NCBI GenBank assembly: GCA_963666275.2
Contig: CAXXOA010000001.1
Span: forward strand, 1,696,001-1,760,000
From: Oceanispirochaeta sp.
GTDB taxonomy: Bacteria; Spirochaetota; Spirochaetia; DSM-2461
Length of the DNA stretch: 64,000 nucleotides
Direction of reading: 5' to 3'
The notes under the pieces: generated by a model
What the model was told of the DNA's origin: nothing
What the model saw: only the letters and a program-made list of their open reading frames with translations
The model's database searches: none
Translations under genes and position numbers: made by a program
Part shown: piece after piece, positions 29,655-39,800 of the stretch
How the letters are laid out: each line of letters opens with the position of its first letter
Position numbering within the stretch: the first letter of the stretch is position 1

Positions 29655-31124
29655 TCAGACTCTTTCCAGGGCTTTGCGGTAGATCCTCAAATACTCCCTG
29701 GCCGAAGGGCCCCAGGAAAAGTCCTCTTTCATGGCGTTTTTCCGCATAAGATCAATAGTGGGTTTATCTTCCTGCCAGAGACGGCAGGCCCTTTCCAGGG
29801 CATTCAGGAATCCGGAAGGGGATATCTCTTCGTAAAGGAATCCGGTACCGGATTTTCCATCTTCAGAGAGTTCCTCCACAGTATCTGCCAATCCGCCTGT
29901 TCTCCTTACAATCGGAAGGGTCCCGTACTTCAGGGAGTAAAGCTGATTCAGACCGCAGGGTTCGTAACGGCTGGGCATCATGAAAAAATCGGCTCCCGCC
30001 TCGATAAGATGGGATAGCCTGTCGTTGTAGGTGATTTTTACAGAAAGATTCGGCAGTTCCTCCGAGAGTCTCAAAAGCTCTTTCTGGCACCACTCTTCAC
30101 CGGTTCCCAGTACGATGACCTGAACGGGATTGTTCCGGCAGAATTCGCTGAGAATCCCCTTATCGGGGTCACAGAGCTCGAATATTCCCTTCTGTTCCAC
30201 CAGTCTGCTTATCATGGCAAAAAGGGGTGTCTCTTCTGATACCTCAAGATCGAACTCTTTCTGGAGCCGTGCTTTTACAAGATCCTTTTTCTTGAGGGTT
30301 GATATGGTATAGTTGTCAGGGCTTAGATAGCTGTCTACAGCGGGATCCCACACGCTATAGTCCACTCCATTTACGATACCCACAAGGGATTCTTTTCTGC
30401 TGTAGAGGGAATCCTCCAGTCCGTGACCATAGGCGGCGGTCTGAATCTCTTCGGCATAGGTGGGAGATACTGTTGTGACAATGCCGCTGTGTTCAATTCC
30501 CGATTTCAGGTAATTCAATCTGCCTTCAGCAAGTATTCCCTTCTCTTCCATTTCCTTCTTTGTCAGGCCCGTCCAGGGTATGTCCCTCTGGGAGAACTCC
30601 CCCTGATACCCCATATTATGAATGGTAAAAACAGAGGCTTTAGGGCCGATTCCCTCCTGATCAGAGAGTTTGATATACAGAGGATTCAAACCTGTGGGCC
30701 AGTCATGACTGTGATAGATCTGCGGTTCCCAGTCCAGTTCTTCAGGAAGAAAAAGTGCCGCCCGGCTGAGTAAACTGTAGCGGATCCCGTTATCAGGATA
30801 GGCAGACGCCGGTGTGGGGCCGTAAATCCCTGTTCTGCTGAAGTACTTATCGGATCGGAGGAAATACACGGGAACCCGGGAGTCCGGTAGGACCCCTTCG
30901 TAGAGGCTTGCCCGTTCGATGCGGTTGGGAAAGGGGACCGGAAAGTTTTCTGAAATCACTTTTAAAGAGGACGCATCGATAAAACCGTAGAGCGGCATGA
31001 GAATCCTTACATCGGCCCCTTCTTTTTCCAGGGCTATGGACAGGGCGCTTACCATATCGGCCAAACCTCCGGATTTGGCAAAAGGGACAGCTTCGCTGGT
31101 TATCATTAATATCCGGTCTTTCAT
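29655..31124 (-). CDS. glgA: Glycogen synthase
   Basis: SEAVPFAKSGGLAD, HSHDW, TIHNMGYQG, MPSRYEPCGLNQL, TGGLADTV; AGGAG before ATG 31124. Confidence 0.96.
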   Translation of the reverse strand: MKDRILMITSEAVPFAKSGGLADMVSALSIALEKEGADVRILMPLYGFIDASSLKVISENFPVPFPNRIERASLYEGVLPDSRVPVYFLRSDKYFSRTGIYGPTPASAYPDNGIRYSLLSRAALFLPEELDWEPQIYHSHDWPTGLNPLYIKLSDQEGIGPKASVFTIHNMGYQGEFSQRDIPWTGLTKKEMEEKGILAEGRLNYLKSGIEHSGIVTTVSPTYAEEIQTAAYGHGLEDSLYSRKESLVGIVNGVDYSVWDPAVDSYLSPDNYTISTLKKKDLVKARLQKEFDLEVSEETPLFAMISRLVEQKGIFELCDPDKGILSEFCRNNPVQVIVLGTGEEWCQKELLRLSEELPNLSVKITYNDRLSHLIEAGADFFMMPSRYEPCGLNQLYSLKYGTLPIVRRTGGLADTVEELSEDGKSGTGFLYEEISPSGFLNALERACRLWQEDKPTIDLMRKNAMKEDFSWGPSAREYLRIYRKALERV

Positions 31125-31173
31125 GGGGAGCTCCTGTTCTGTAATTCTCATTTTTAGAATACCACTAAGCGGT

Positions 31174-32844
31174 CTATTCTTCCAGCGGAATCGGTAAATG
31201 TCCTGTGGGAGTGAAATCTCCCCGGATGGCTCCGAAGCCGGCGGCAAAAGACTCCCATCCCGTACCGTAAACAGCTACCGCATCCCTGACCCAGGGGGTT
31301 TCATTGATATAGACGGGAGTGAGTGAGGAAAGGACAATGAGTTTATCCTGAAGTGCCGAAAGCTCTTTCAGAATCCTCAGATCCTGATAGCGTGACAAAC
31401 TGAAAATAACAGTTTCAAAAGATTCGGCTCTGCGGAGAAGTTCATTTATGACCTGCCATTTCTCTTCGGTATCAAAAGAGTAGGGAATCCGCATCGTTTC
31501 CGCCTGGGGGAAAAATTCCAGTCCCTGACTCCGGTACTGGCTGAACATTCCGGCAATAAGGACAGAGGAGGAGTCTCCGATGGGGATCCTTTCATTTCTG
31601 AGAAGGGTTGTACTCCGGACGGCCTGACTGAAGAAAAAGGATTCTCCCCCCTCTGCAGGTATGGGGAGTGAGGGTTCAATCTCTGCCGGAAAGAGGGGGA
31701 CCCTGTCCTCTCTTTTCAGATACTCGATCTTTTTAAGAAGAACCTGACGGCAGGCCTGTTCCACGATTTTCCTGAATTCTTCATCCTCATTCATGAGAAC
31801 TGTCAGATGATCCCAGATTTTCTCATGATTTTCGGGATTTCTGCTGACAAGAAGGATATCACTCCCGGCTCTCAGGGACTCTTCGCACACTTCCGGCAGA
31901 GACAGGTCCCCCGCATGGGCGCCCTGCATAACAAGATCGTCAGTTATTATCAGTCCTTTGTACCCCATTTCCGTACGGAGAATATCTCTGAGAAAAAGAG
32001 AACTGAGAGATGCGGGTGTCATATCTCCGGAGATCTGAGGATAGGCAAGGTGACCCACCATAACTGCGGGAAGCCCCTCCTGAATCATCATCTTATAGGG
32101 AATCAGATCATTATTTTCAAGAAAAGTTTTGGTGGACTGAATGACGGGAAGGGTACCATGAGAGTCCTCTTCCGCATTCCCGTGGCCGGGATAGTGCTTG
32201 GCCGTACTTATGACGCCTGCCTCATCTTGGCCCTTCAGAAAGGCCAACCCCAGTATTCCCGTCTGGACGGGATCGTGGGAAAAAGCCCGGGGCCCGATCA
32301 CATCGGCCAGGGGGTTCAGATAGACATCCACCGTGGGGGCGAAGTTCATATTGATCCCCAGAGCTTTCAGCTCCATGCCGATCAGATAACCCGTCATATA
32401 GGCGTCATAGGGAAGACCCGATGCTCCTATCGCCAGATTGCCCGGGGTAATGGAAGTTTCACCTTTTACATGACGAACCCAGCCCCCTTCCTGATCGGTT
32501 GCGATGAACAGGGGGATTTCCAGAGAGGATTCAACGGCAGTTTTCTGCATTTCAGTAATAGTCTGTGAAAGGATGTCCAGATCATTGGCATTCCAGCCGA
32601 ATACTTTGATTCCTCCGACTTTATGGTCTCTTATCCAGTGAAGGATCGTATCGGAAGCTGTTTCACCCATGTATCCCAGCATGAGTACCTGACCCAGTAT
32701 ATCGCTGTTATCCATCTCTTCCATAAGAGCCTCTGCCAGATCTTCTGCAGGAAGGTCGGAATTAAAAGTCGGTAAAGGCTGGGAATATAAAAATACTCCT
32801 GCCGTTAAGAGCAGGAGTAGAATCGACAAAAATCTCTTGGACAC
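31174..32844 (-). CDS. nagZ: GH3 beta-N-acetylglucosaminidase (NagZ-like), exported
   Basis: Signal peptide; DQEGG, KHYPGHG...DSH, IITDDL. Confidence 0.85.
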   Translation of the reverse strand: MSKRFLSILLLLLTAGVFLYSQPLPTFNSDLPAEDLAEALMEEMDNSDILGQVLMLGYMGETASDTILHWIRDHKVGGIKVFGWNANDLDILSQTITEMQKTAVESSLEIPLFIATDQEGGWVRHVKGETSITPGNLAIGASGLPYDAYMTGYLIGMELKALGINMNFAPTVDVYLNPLADVIGPRAFSHDPVQTGILGLAFLKGQDEAGVISTAKHYPGHGNAEEDSHGTLPVIQSTKTFLENNDLIPYKMMIQEGLPAVMVGHLAYPQISGDMTPASLSSLFLRDILRTEMGYKGLIITDDLVMQGAHAGDLSLPEVCEESLRAGSDILLVSRNPENHEKIWDHLTVLMNEDEEFRKIVEQACRQVLLKKIEYLKREDRVPLFPAEIEPSLPIPAEGGESFFFSQAVRSTTLLRNERIPIGDSSSVLIAGMFSQYRSQGLEFFPQAETMRIPYSFDTEEKWQVINELLRRAESFETVIFSLSRYQDLRILKELSALQDKLIVLSSLTPVYINETPWVRDAVAVYGTGWESFAAGFGAIRGDFTPTGHLPIPLEE

Positions 32845-32872
32845 TTGGAAACCTCATTTTTTATGATGAGGT

Positions 32873-33805
32873 TTAAATATAGGCTTCTCCCTTCAGGTCG
32901 TCAATATAATTGGCCGCAAAGTGAGCGGCAATTGCACCGTCAGAGGCAGAGACTACAAGCTGCCGGAAAGGTGTGTCTCGAACATCGCCGACAGCAAACA
33001 TTCCTTTTTCCGAAGTCTGCATATGTTCATCCGTAACAATATATCCGGCTTCGTCCATATCAAGATGAGAAACCAGTTTTGTCTGGGGAATGGAGCCTAC
33101 AAAAACAAAAACAGCGTCAAAATCCTCTTCATAGACTTTCTCTTCGTCTGTTTTTGAAAGAACCACTTTCCTGACTTTTGCATCGTCCCCTATAATTTCC
33201 GTGGCAACTGTGTTAAAGCGGACTTCAATATTGGGATTTCTTAAAACCTTTTCGGCCACTGCTTTCTGGGCACGGAATCTGTCACGTCTGTGAATCATAA
33301 CCACCTTATCGGTCAGATTGGCCAGGTAATTGGCCTCATCGCAGGCCGCATCGCCTCCACCGACAACAAGCATTTTCTTGTTCTTGAAGAAAGGTCCGTC
33401 ACAGGTCGCGCAGTAGGAAACGCCTTTTCCTGAATACTCTTCTTCTCCGGGAATTTCCAGATGTCTGTGTTTGGCTCCGGTTGCAATAATCACAGTTTTT
33501 GCCTTTACAGATTCTTTGGATGTCTCCACTGTGAAGCTGTTATTCTCTTTGGAAATGCCTTTTACCGTGGCCGTCATAAATTCTGCACCGAATTTCTGTG
33601 CCTGCTTCTGCATGTCCATGGAAAACTGAAAACCGTTGACAGGTTCGGGAAATCCCGGATAGTTCTCCAGGTCGGCAATCAGGAGGGCCTGTCCTCCCGG
33701 AGCCATTTCCTCAATAACAAGGGTATTCAGATTGGAGCGTGCTCCGTACTGTGCCGCTGATAAACCTGCAATTCCGCCGCCGATGATAACAAGATCCTTT
33801 TCCAT
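32873..33805 (-). CDS. trxB: Thioredoxin reductase
   Basis: GGGIAG, GVSYCATCDG, VGGGDAA, HRRD, FAVGDV. Confidence 0.96.
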   Translation of the reverse strand: MEKDLVIIGGGIAGLSAAQYGARSNLNTLVIEEMAPGGQALLIADLENYPGFPEPVNGFQFSMDMQKQAQKFGAEFMTATVKGISKENNSFTVETSKESVKAKTVIIATGAKHRHLEIPGEEEYSGKGVSYCATCDGPFFKNKKMLVVGGGDAACDEANYLANLTDKVVMIHRRDRFRAQKAVAEKVLRNPNIEVRFNTVATEIIGDDAKVRKVVLSKTDEEKVYEEDFDAVFVFVGSIPQTKLVSHLDMDEAGYIVTDEHMQTSEKGMFAVGDVRDTPFRQLVVSASDGAIAAHFAANYIDDLKGEAYI

Positions 33806-33929
33806 ATGTTAAATATCTCCTTGATACTATATATACATTTAATCAACAGTTCCAATATAATAAGAGAACTGGTGAGAATCAAATCGGGAATTCAGAATTT
33901 CCAGTTTAATCTGTATTATTATTTAAACT

Positions 33930-35396
33930 ATGCCGTTAACAGCACAAACGAACAAATCCAATTTTTCCTTTAAAAACAAGATCTCCTGTTTTTTAAGAAT
34001 ATGGTTACTCCTTTCTATTATACCAAACCTGTCTGCTCTGAATATCCCCTTTCATACAGAAAATGAACTGGATGAATATGCAATGATGGAAGAACCACTG
34101 GAAACAGAAACCCTTATAAGATTGTTTCTCTATACTTCCGATACGGATCCTGAAAAATATCCTGTCTATATGGAAAGGATCCGCAGGGAAATCGAAGAGC
34201 TTAAAAGTTATATTAATACGATGCAGACCGGAGAAAATGCGGCTCCAGCGGGAGATCTGATCCTTCAGTTTCTTCATCAGGAAAGCCTTGTCAGATATTC
34301 GGAAAACCAGACACGTCTGGATACTCTTCTGGATACGGGAGTCTACAACTGTGTCTCTTCTGCTGTCTATTATATGATTTTCTGCCGTGCCCTGGGGATC
34401 GAGGTCAAAGGGATTCATGCGGCGGATCATGCTTTCTGCTCTGTGACTGTTCCGGGGCAGGAAATCTCAGTGGATGTGGAAACTACGAATAAATGGGGGT
34501 ACAACCCCGGTACGAAAAAGGCATTTCATTCGGAGTTTACCGAAAGTACAGGTTTTATTTATGTTCCTCCCGGAAGGTATTCCAACAGGGTGGAACTGGG
34601 AGACCGTGAAATGGCCGGACTCATTCTTCAGAACCGCATTGTCCTGCATCAGAGGCGGGGGGAGTATGAGAGCGCCCTGGAGCTGGCCGCAGACAGACTG
34701 GCCCTTACGGGAACAGATCAGGCCGGGAAAGACTATTTTGATTCTATTCAGAACCTTGCGGCCATGTACAATCAGACGCAGCAGTATGAAAAAGCCGTGG
34801 ATCTAATAAATCTTGCCGAAACAGGGCCCTTTGAACTGCCCGATTTTCTTGATGAAACCAGGTATCAGGTCATTTACAACCTTTGCAGCACCATTCTGAA
34901 TGCAGGTGATCCGGATCAGGCGGAACGAGTTGTCATTGCCTACAGCGCCCAGCTACCCGAACATATTGAGAAAGACCTCCTTCTGCTGATCGAGGAACGA
35001 CGTCTGGATAAGCTTATCCGGAGCGGATACAGCCTTGAAACAGTACAGAAAATTACCGATTCCAGAGACAAGGGAATTCTGACCTCCAAAAGAGCCGAAG
35101 AGATGCTTGTGTATCTCTATGCCAGAGAAGCTGAGAATATTTCACTGGAAGAGAATTTCCTGACAAGCCTGGAGTTTCTTGATACTGTCCCTGTTTTTCT
35201 GGAGTCCAACAGGGATTTTATCCGCCTCAGAAGTGTTTACGAGAATAATTACGCCGTGGAAGTTCATAATTCAGTCATTCCGCTACTGGAGAATGAGGAC
35301 TGGGAAGGTGCAAAGGATGTTCTCAATAGAGCTCTGGAAAAAATTCCCCGCAACAGAATTCTTCTTCAGGATCTTCAGAGACTGGAATCTTTTTAA
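33930..35396 (+). CDS. Exported transglutaminase-like (Cys-His-Asp) protein with TPR-like C-terminus
   Basis: GVYNCVSSA...DHAFC...VDVET candidate triad; helical repeats; N-terminal hydrophobic segment; start uncertain. Confidence 0.65.
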   Translation: MPLTAQTNKSNFSFKNKISCFLRIWLLLSIIPNLSALNIPFHTENELDEYAMMEEPLETETLIRLFLYTSDTDPEKYPVYMERIRREIEELKSYINTMQTGENAAPAGDLILQFLHQESLVRYSENQTRLDTLLDTGVYNCVSSAVYYMIFCRALGIEVKGIHAADHAFCSVTVPGQEISVDVETTNKWGYNPGTKKAFHSEFTESTGFIYVPPGRYSNRVELGDREMAGLILQNRIVLHQRRGEYESALELAADRLALTGTDQAGKDYFDSIQNLAAMYNQTQQYEKAVDLINLAETGPFELPDFLDETRYQVIYNLCSTILNAGDPDQAERVVIAYSAQLPEHIEKDLLLLIEERRLDKLIRSGYSLETVQKITDSRDKGILTSKRAEEMLVYLYAREAENISLEENFLTSLEFLDTVPVFLESNRDFIRLRSVYENNYAVEVHNSVIPLLENEDWEGAKDVLNRALEKIPRNRILLQDLQRLESF

Positions 35397-35420
35397 AAAT
35401 CAGATGAACGCAAATTATTC

Positions 35421-35449
35421 CTAAGTTCCCGAAAGAAATACACCGAAAA
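35421..35449 (+). promoter_or_regulatory. sigma28 (FliA) promoter of the flgN operon
   Basis: CTAAG-N16-ACCGAAAA, same geometry as both flaB promoters. Confidence 0.65.
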
Positions 35450-35472
35450 TAAAATGAAGGAGTATTTCTGGA

Positions 35473-35973
35473 ATGATACCGGATCAACTTATTGATAAAC
35501 TGCTTAGCCTTTTGGAAGATGAACTGACTCTTATTCAATCCTACAATCAGGGTTGTGAGAAGCTTCATCAATATGTCATTTCCAAGGATTGGAAAAACCT
35601 TGAAAAAAAAATTATCTCCTTAAAACAGCAGGCCGCAAAACTGGTAGATGCTGACAATGAACGGGAATGGGTCGTCAATCACCTCAAACAGGAGATGGAC
35701 CTGCCCGAAGAGTGTTCCTTCGGACTCCTTATCAGCCGGTTTCCTCAGGATAAGACCAGGGAAATCAATGATCTGAAAAGGAATATCCGCAGATCTGTCA
35801 TGATCTTACAGGGACGTGTCCGGGGGATCGGCAAATATACCGAAAATCAGGCCGGAGCTCTGAAAGATGTATTGGATATCCTCGTGCCCGATCAGAAGGG
35901 CAAGATTTACAATCGTTACGGATCCGCCAACACGGGAGGGCAGAACCCTCTTCTTGTGAACAGGCATTTTTAA
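35473..35973 (+). CDS. flgN: Flagellar export chaperone FlgN
   Basis: Helical 166 aa protein immediately upstream of flgK; C-terminal YNRYG. Confidence 0.75.
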   Translation: MIPDQLIDKLLSLLEDELTLIQSYNQGCEKLHQYVISKDWKNLEKKIISLKQQAAKLVDADNEREWVVNHLKQEMDLPEECSFGLLISRFPQDKTREINDLKRNIRRSVMILQGRVRGIGKYTENQAGALKDVLDILVPDQKGKIYNRYGSANTGGQNPLLVNRHF

Positions 35974-35985
35974 AGGCAGGAATAT

Positions 35986-37863
35986 ATGGGATCTACATTC
36001 AGTGGAATCGAACTAGGAAAAAGAAGCCTTCAGGCTCATACTCAGGGGCTTCAGACAATCGGCCATAACATGAGTAATGCGGCAACCGATGGTTACAGCC
36101 GGCAGAGAGTGCGTCTGTCTGCAACTGATCCCATCTATATGCCTCAGATGAACCGCGCGGAACGCCCGGGCCAGATCGGTCAGGGTGTGGATGTGACCAT
36201 GGTGGAAAGGATTCATGATACTCTTCTTGAAAATAGAATCCTGGCGCAGGGAGATGAAACCGGCTACTGGGAATCCAGGGACAAATACCTGCTGATGGTG
36301 GAACAGATCTACAACGAACCCTATGATACCTCTGTAAGAACCCTTATGGACAAATTCTGGGACAGCTGGCAGGAACTTTCTGTACATCCCGAGGATATGC
36401 CCGCCAGACAGGCTGTTCTGAAAAGAAGTGAATCCCTGATTGACGGGATCAACAGCCGCTACACCCGCCTGAAAGAAACCAGAGTGATGCTCAATGATGA
36501 CATCAATGTTTCTGTGGGAGAGGTAAACGGTCTGCTTCAGGATATAGCCAAACTGAATGTCCAGATCGAAAAATCCCAGGCTCTTCATGACAATCCCAAT
36601 GATCTTCTGGATAAAAGAGATCTGCTTGTTGAAAAATTATCAGGTTATATGAACGTCACTGTGGATAACAGGGATCCCGATGAATTTTTGATTCATACCC
36701 AGGGCATGCATCTGATTCAGGGCAAGCAGGTGAACCTGCTGAGAACAGAACCGAATCCGCAGAATGAAGGTCACTCGGATATCGTCTGGGAACGGACCGG
36801 GGAACCCGTTGATATCAGAAACGGAAAACTGGCGGCTCTTCTGGAACTGAGAGATCAGGATGTCCGGGGAGAAATACAGAATCTTGATATGATGACCGTA
36901 AACTTCACAGATATGGTCAATGAAGTCCATAGAACGGCATTTTCCTCCAATGGACAGACCGGAATAGACTTCTTTTCCGAATATCCCTTTGTCAACAATC
37001 TGGCGGGAAACTACGACCTCAACGGTGACGGGGAATATGATCATACCTATGTATTCCGTATTAACGGAATGAATGTTATGGATCCGGAACAGCAGACAGG
37101 CCTTCAGGGGCAGATCACCCTGGCAGGCGCCGCAGGGGATGTGACTGTCAACTATTTTCCAACAGATCGGGTTTCAGATATTATCGATCGAATTAACAAT
37201 GCCGGTGCGGAGGTCAAAGCCTTTCTGGACCGGGACGGCCATATGGCTCTGAAAGCGACCCATGCGGAGGATCTGAATAATCCGGATTTTGTGATCCGGC
37301 ACGTAGAGGATTCAGGGCAGTTCCTTTCCGGTTATGCCGGGATTCTCAGCGGTTCCGGACCCGAAAACGCCTATGACTGGAATCAGCAGGATGCGGTTCT
37401 GGGATTCAGGGAGGGCGGCGTCCGCTACAGTGTGGCCCCTCTGGCCCATCCCTCCGGATGGCTGAAGGTCAATCCCGCCGTAGCGGCGGATCCCACCACG
37501 ATTGTATCCGGTCTGGGTTCCAATAGTCGTCAGGCTCTCCCCGGAGACGGAAGTGCGGCTCTGGAAATAGCTTCGCTGAGGAATAAAACAGTCATGCTGG
37601 GCCAGTCAAAAACCTTTGATGACTACTTTGCCGCAACCATTGCCGATATCGGATTGAAAGGGGAAGTAGCCCAGCAGGCCAATGAATCCCAGCAGCTTGT
37701 TATGAAGGATCTCAAGGATTTTCAGTCTTCCGTTTCGGGAGTGAATATGGATGAAGAGATGGCTGAAATGATCAAATTCCAGCATGGTTACAATGCGGCC
37801 GCCCGGTTTGTGAATGAAATAAACCAGATGCTGGATACCATAATCAACAGAATGGGAGTGTAA
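35986..37863 (+). CDS. flgK: Hook-associated protein FlgK
   Basis: GHNMSNAATDGYSRQRV; SGVNMDEEMAEMIKFQHGYNAAAR. Confidence 0.97.
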   Translation: MGSTFSGIELGKRSLQAHTQGLQTIGHNMSNAATDGYSRQRVRLSATDPIYMPQMNRAERPGQIGQGVDVTMVERIHDTLLENRILAQGDETGYWESRDKYLLMVEQIYNEPYDTSVRTLMDKFWDSWQELSVHPEDMPARQAVLKRSESLIDGINSRYTRLKETRVMLNDDINVSVGEVNGLLQDIAKLNVQIEKSQALHDNPNDLLDKRDLLVEKLSGYMNVTVDNRDPDEFLIHTQGMHLIQGKQVNLLRTEPNPQNEGHSDIVWERTGEPVDIRNGKLAALLELRDQDVRGEIQNLDMMTVNFTDMVNEVHRTAFSSNGQTGIDFFSEYPFVNNLAGNYDLNGDGEYDHTYVFRINGMNVMDPEQQTGLQGQITLAGAAGDVTVNYFPTDRVSDIIDRINNAGAEVKAFLDRDGHMALKATHAEDLNNPDFVIRHVEDSGQFLSGYAGILSGSGPENAYDWNQQDAVLGFREGGVRYSVAPLAHPSGWLKVNPAVAADPTTIVSGLGSNSRQALPGDGSAALEIASLRNKTVMLGQSKTFDDYFAATIADIGLKGEVAQQANESQQLVMKDLKDFQSSVSGVNMDEEMAEMIKFQHGYNAAARFVNEINQMLDTIINRMGV

Positions 37864-37866
37864 TAG

Positions 37867-39114
37867 ATGAGACGAATCAGTTCAGCTATGCCAAATACAG
37901 ATATGCAGTATCAGATGCGTCTGCGGGATTTCCGCATGAATGAGATGCAGAGCAGTATCGGCAGCAGCCGTAGACTGAATAATCTGCGGGATGATCCGAT
38001 CGCAGCAGCCCATTCCAGCCGTTTATCCTCTCATGTCACCCATATCGACAGGTACGTAAGGAATATGGACTATGCCAAAGGGGAGTACTCTCTGGCGGAA
38101 ACCTCAATGGATCAGTCGGTTCAGATTGTTCAGAGACTGAGGGAACTGGCGGTCCAGGGCAGCAATGGTACCTATGCACCGGAAGATCTGGAATATATGG
38201 CGGCGGAAGTCAATGAACTCCTTTCTGAACTGATTTCCACCGCCAATGGAAGAACCCCCGACGGGAGAGCTCTTTTCGGCGGAAACGATACCCTGGATGA
38301 CCCGTTTGTTGCCATGGAAGGACGAATCCCGGGACTGGAAAAACCCGGTATCACCAGTGTGGCCTACAGCGGCAATATTGTAGCCAATCAGACAGATATT
38401 TCGGAAAATGCCAGGATTGATCTCAATTTTGCCGGAAATAAAGTTTTCTGGGCGGAACAGCAGTATATCTACTCCCGCAGAGATGCTCTTGAGTATGTGG
38501 TCACCGCAGATTCTAGTATTTCCATCGACGGGAAGGAAATTCCTCTTAAAACAGGAGACAACATTCATTCGATCATCAGCAAAATCAATGGAGCCGATCT
38601 GGCTGTTAAAGCCAGCCTTGATCCTGTGACCAACGGATTCACAATTGAATCCACAGTTCCTCACCAGATCTGGATGGATGAACCGCCTGAAAGCAGAGTT
38701 CTTAAAGATATCGGAATGCTGGCAGAATCGGGTAGTAGACCGCCTGAGAATCTGCAGAGCGATGTGGTCGTAGGAGGGGGCTCTCTTTTTGATGCGGTTA
38801 TTTCCATGAGAGACAGCCTGCTCAAGGGGGATCAGGAGTCTGTAGGGGGAAGAGTCCTGGGAGCTCTGGACAATTCCCTGAATAACCTTCTCTACAATAT
38901 GTCAGATCTGGGAGCCAGAACCGAAAGGCTTGATCAGACATATGCCAGACTGGACAGTGAGAGGCTCAATGTGATATCCATGAATGCCAATCTCACGGAT
39001 CTTGATATGACAGAGGCAATCACAAATCTCAAAATGCTGGAATATACACAGAAAGCCGCCTATCAGTCGGCTTCACGGATTCTTGATACTAAGCTTATGG
39101 ATTTTCTGAGGTAA
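37867..39114 (+). CDS. flgL: Hook-associated protein FlgL
   Basis: RLNNLRDDP, RELAVQGSNGT; C-terminal DMTEAITNL...LMDFLR. Confidence 0.96.
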   Translation: MRRISSAMPNTDMQYQMRLRDFRMNEMQSSIGSSRRLNNLRDDPIAAAHSSRLSSHVTHIDRYVRNMDYAKGEYSLAETSMDQSVQIVQRLRELAVQGSNGTYAPEDLEYMAAEVNELLSELISTANGRTPDGRALFGGNDTLDDPFVAMEGRIPGLEKPGITSVAYSGNIVANQTDISENARIDLNFAGNKVFWAEQQYIYSRRDALEYVVTADSSISIDGKEIPLKTGDNIHSIISKINGADLAVKASLDPVTNGFTIESTVPHQIWMDEPPESRVLKDIGMLAESGSRPPENLQSDVVVGGGSLFDAVISMRDSLLKGDQESVGGRVLGALDNSLNNLLYNMSDLGARTERLDQTYARLDSERLNVISMNANLTDLDMTEAITNLKMLEYTQKAAYQSASRILDTKLMDFLR

Positions 39115-39120
39115 AAAAAC

Positions 39121-39579
39121 ATGCTGATTAACACAAAAGCCTATGGCGAAATTGAAATAGATGAAAGACAGATTATTGAATTTCCCACCGGCCTTTTCGG
39201 ATTTGAAACACTCCACAAATACGCTCTGATGGATGCAAGGCAGCAGCCTTTTTACTGGCTCCAGTCACTGGAAATGGAAGAAGTGGCTTTTGTTCTGATC
39301 AAGCCGACAATTTTCCGCCCTGATTACAGAGCGAGGGTTATGAAATCGGATCTTGAATCCCTTGCTCTAGAAAGTGATGAATCCGAAGATGCCCTGGTAT
39401 TCAGTATTGTGTCTTTTCATGATGATAATCATACTATGACGGCAAACCTTCAGGGGCCTGTTCTAATCAACAAACAGAATAAAACAGGTAAACAATGCAT
39501 CTCTATCGACTCTGGCTGGAAAACCCGTCATAATATAGCCGAAGAAATGGCTTCCCAGAAAAAGGATTCGGTATGCTGA
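39121..39579 (+). CDS. fliW: Flagellar assembly factor / CsrA antagonist FliW
   Basis: [28 protein letters not shown]. Confidence 0.95.
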   Translation: MLINTKAYGEIEIDERQIIEFPTGLFGFETLHKYALMDARQQPFYWLQSLEMEEVAFVLIKPTIFRPDYRARVMKSDLESLALESDESEDALVFSIVSFHDDNHTMTANLQGPVLINKQNKTGKQCISIDSGWKTRHNIAEEMASQKKDSVC

Positions 39580-39800
39580 TATTATCACGTAAAAAAGATG
39601 AAAGTATAATAATAGGTGATAATATTTCCATATCAGTTGTTGATATAAAGGGCGATCAGGTCAAACTGGGTATCAATGCCCCGAATGATGTCAAAGTCTT
39701 CAGACAGGAAGTTTACGAAGCCATCCAGGAAGAGAATAAAGCGGCTGCCGCTATATCTGATATTCCTGAAAATCTGAAATTCCCCGGGTTCGATAAATAG
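39573..39800 (+). CDS. csrA: Carbon storage regulator CsrA
   Basis: [18 protein letters not shown]...VKLGINAP...RQEVY. Confidence 0.97.
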   Translation: MLILSRKKDESIIIGDNISISVVDIKGDQVKLGINAPNDVKVFRQEVYEAIQEENKAAAAISDIPENLKFPGFDK

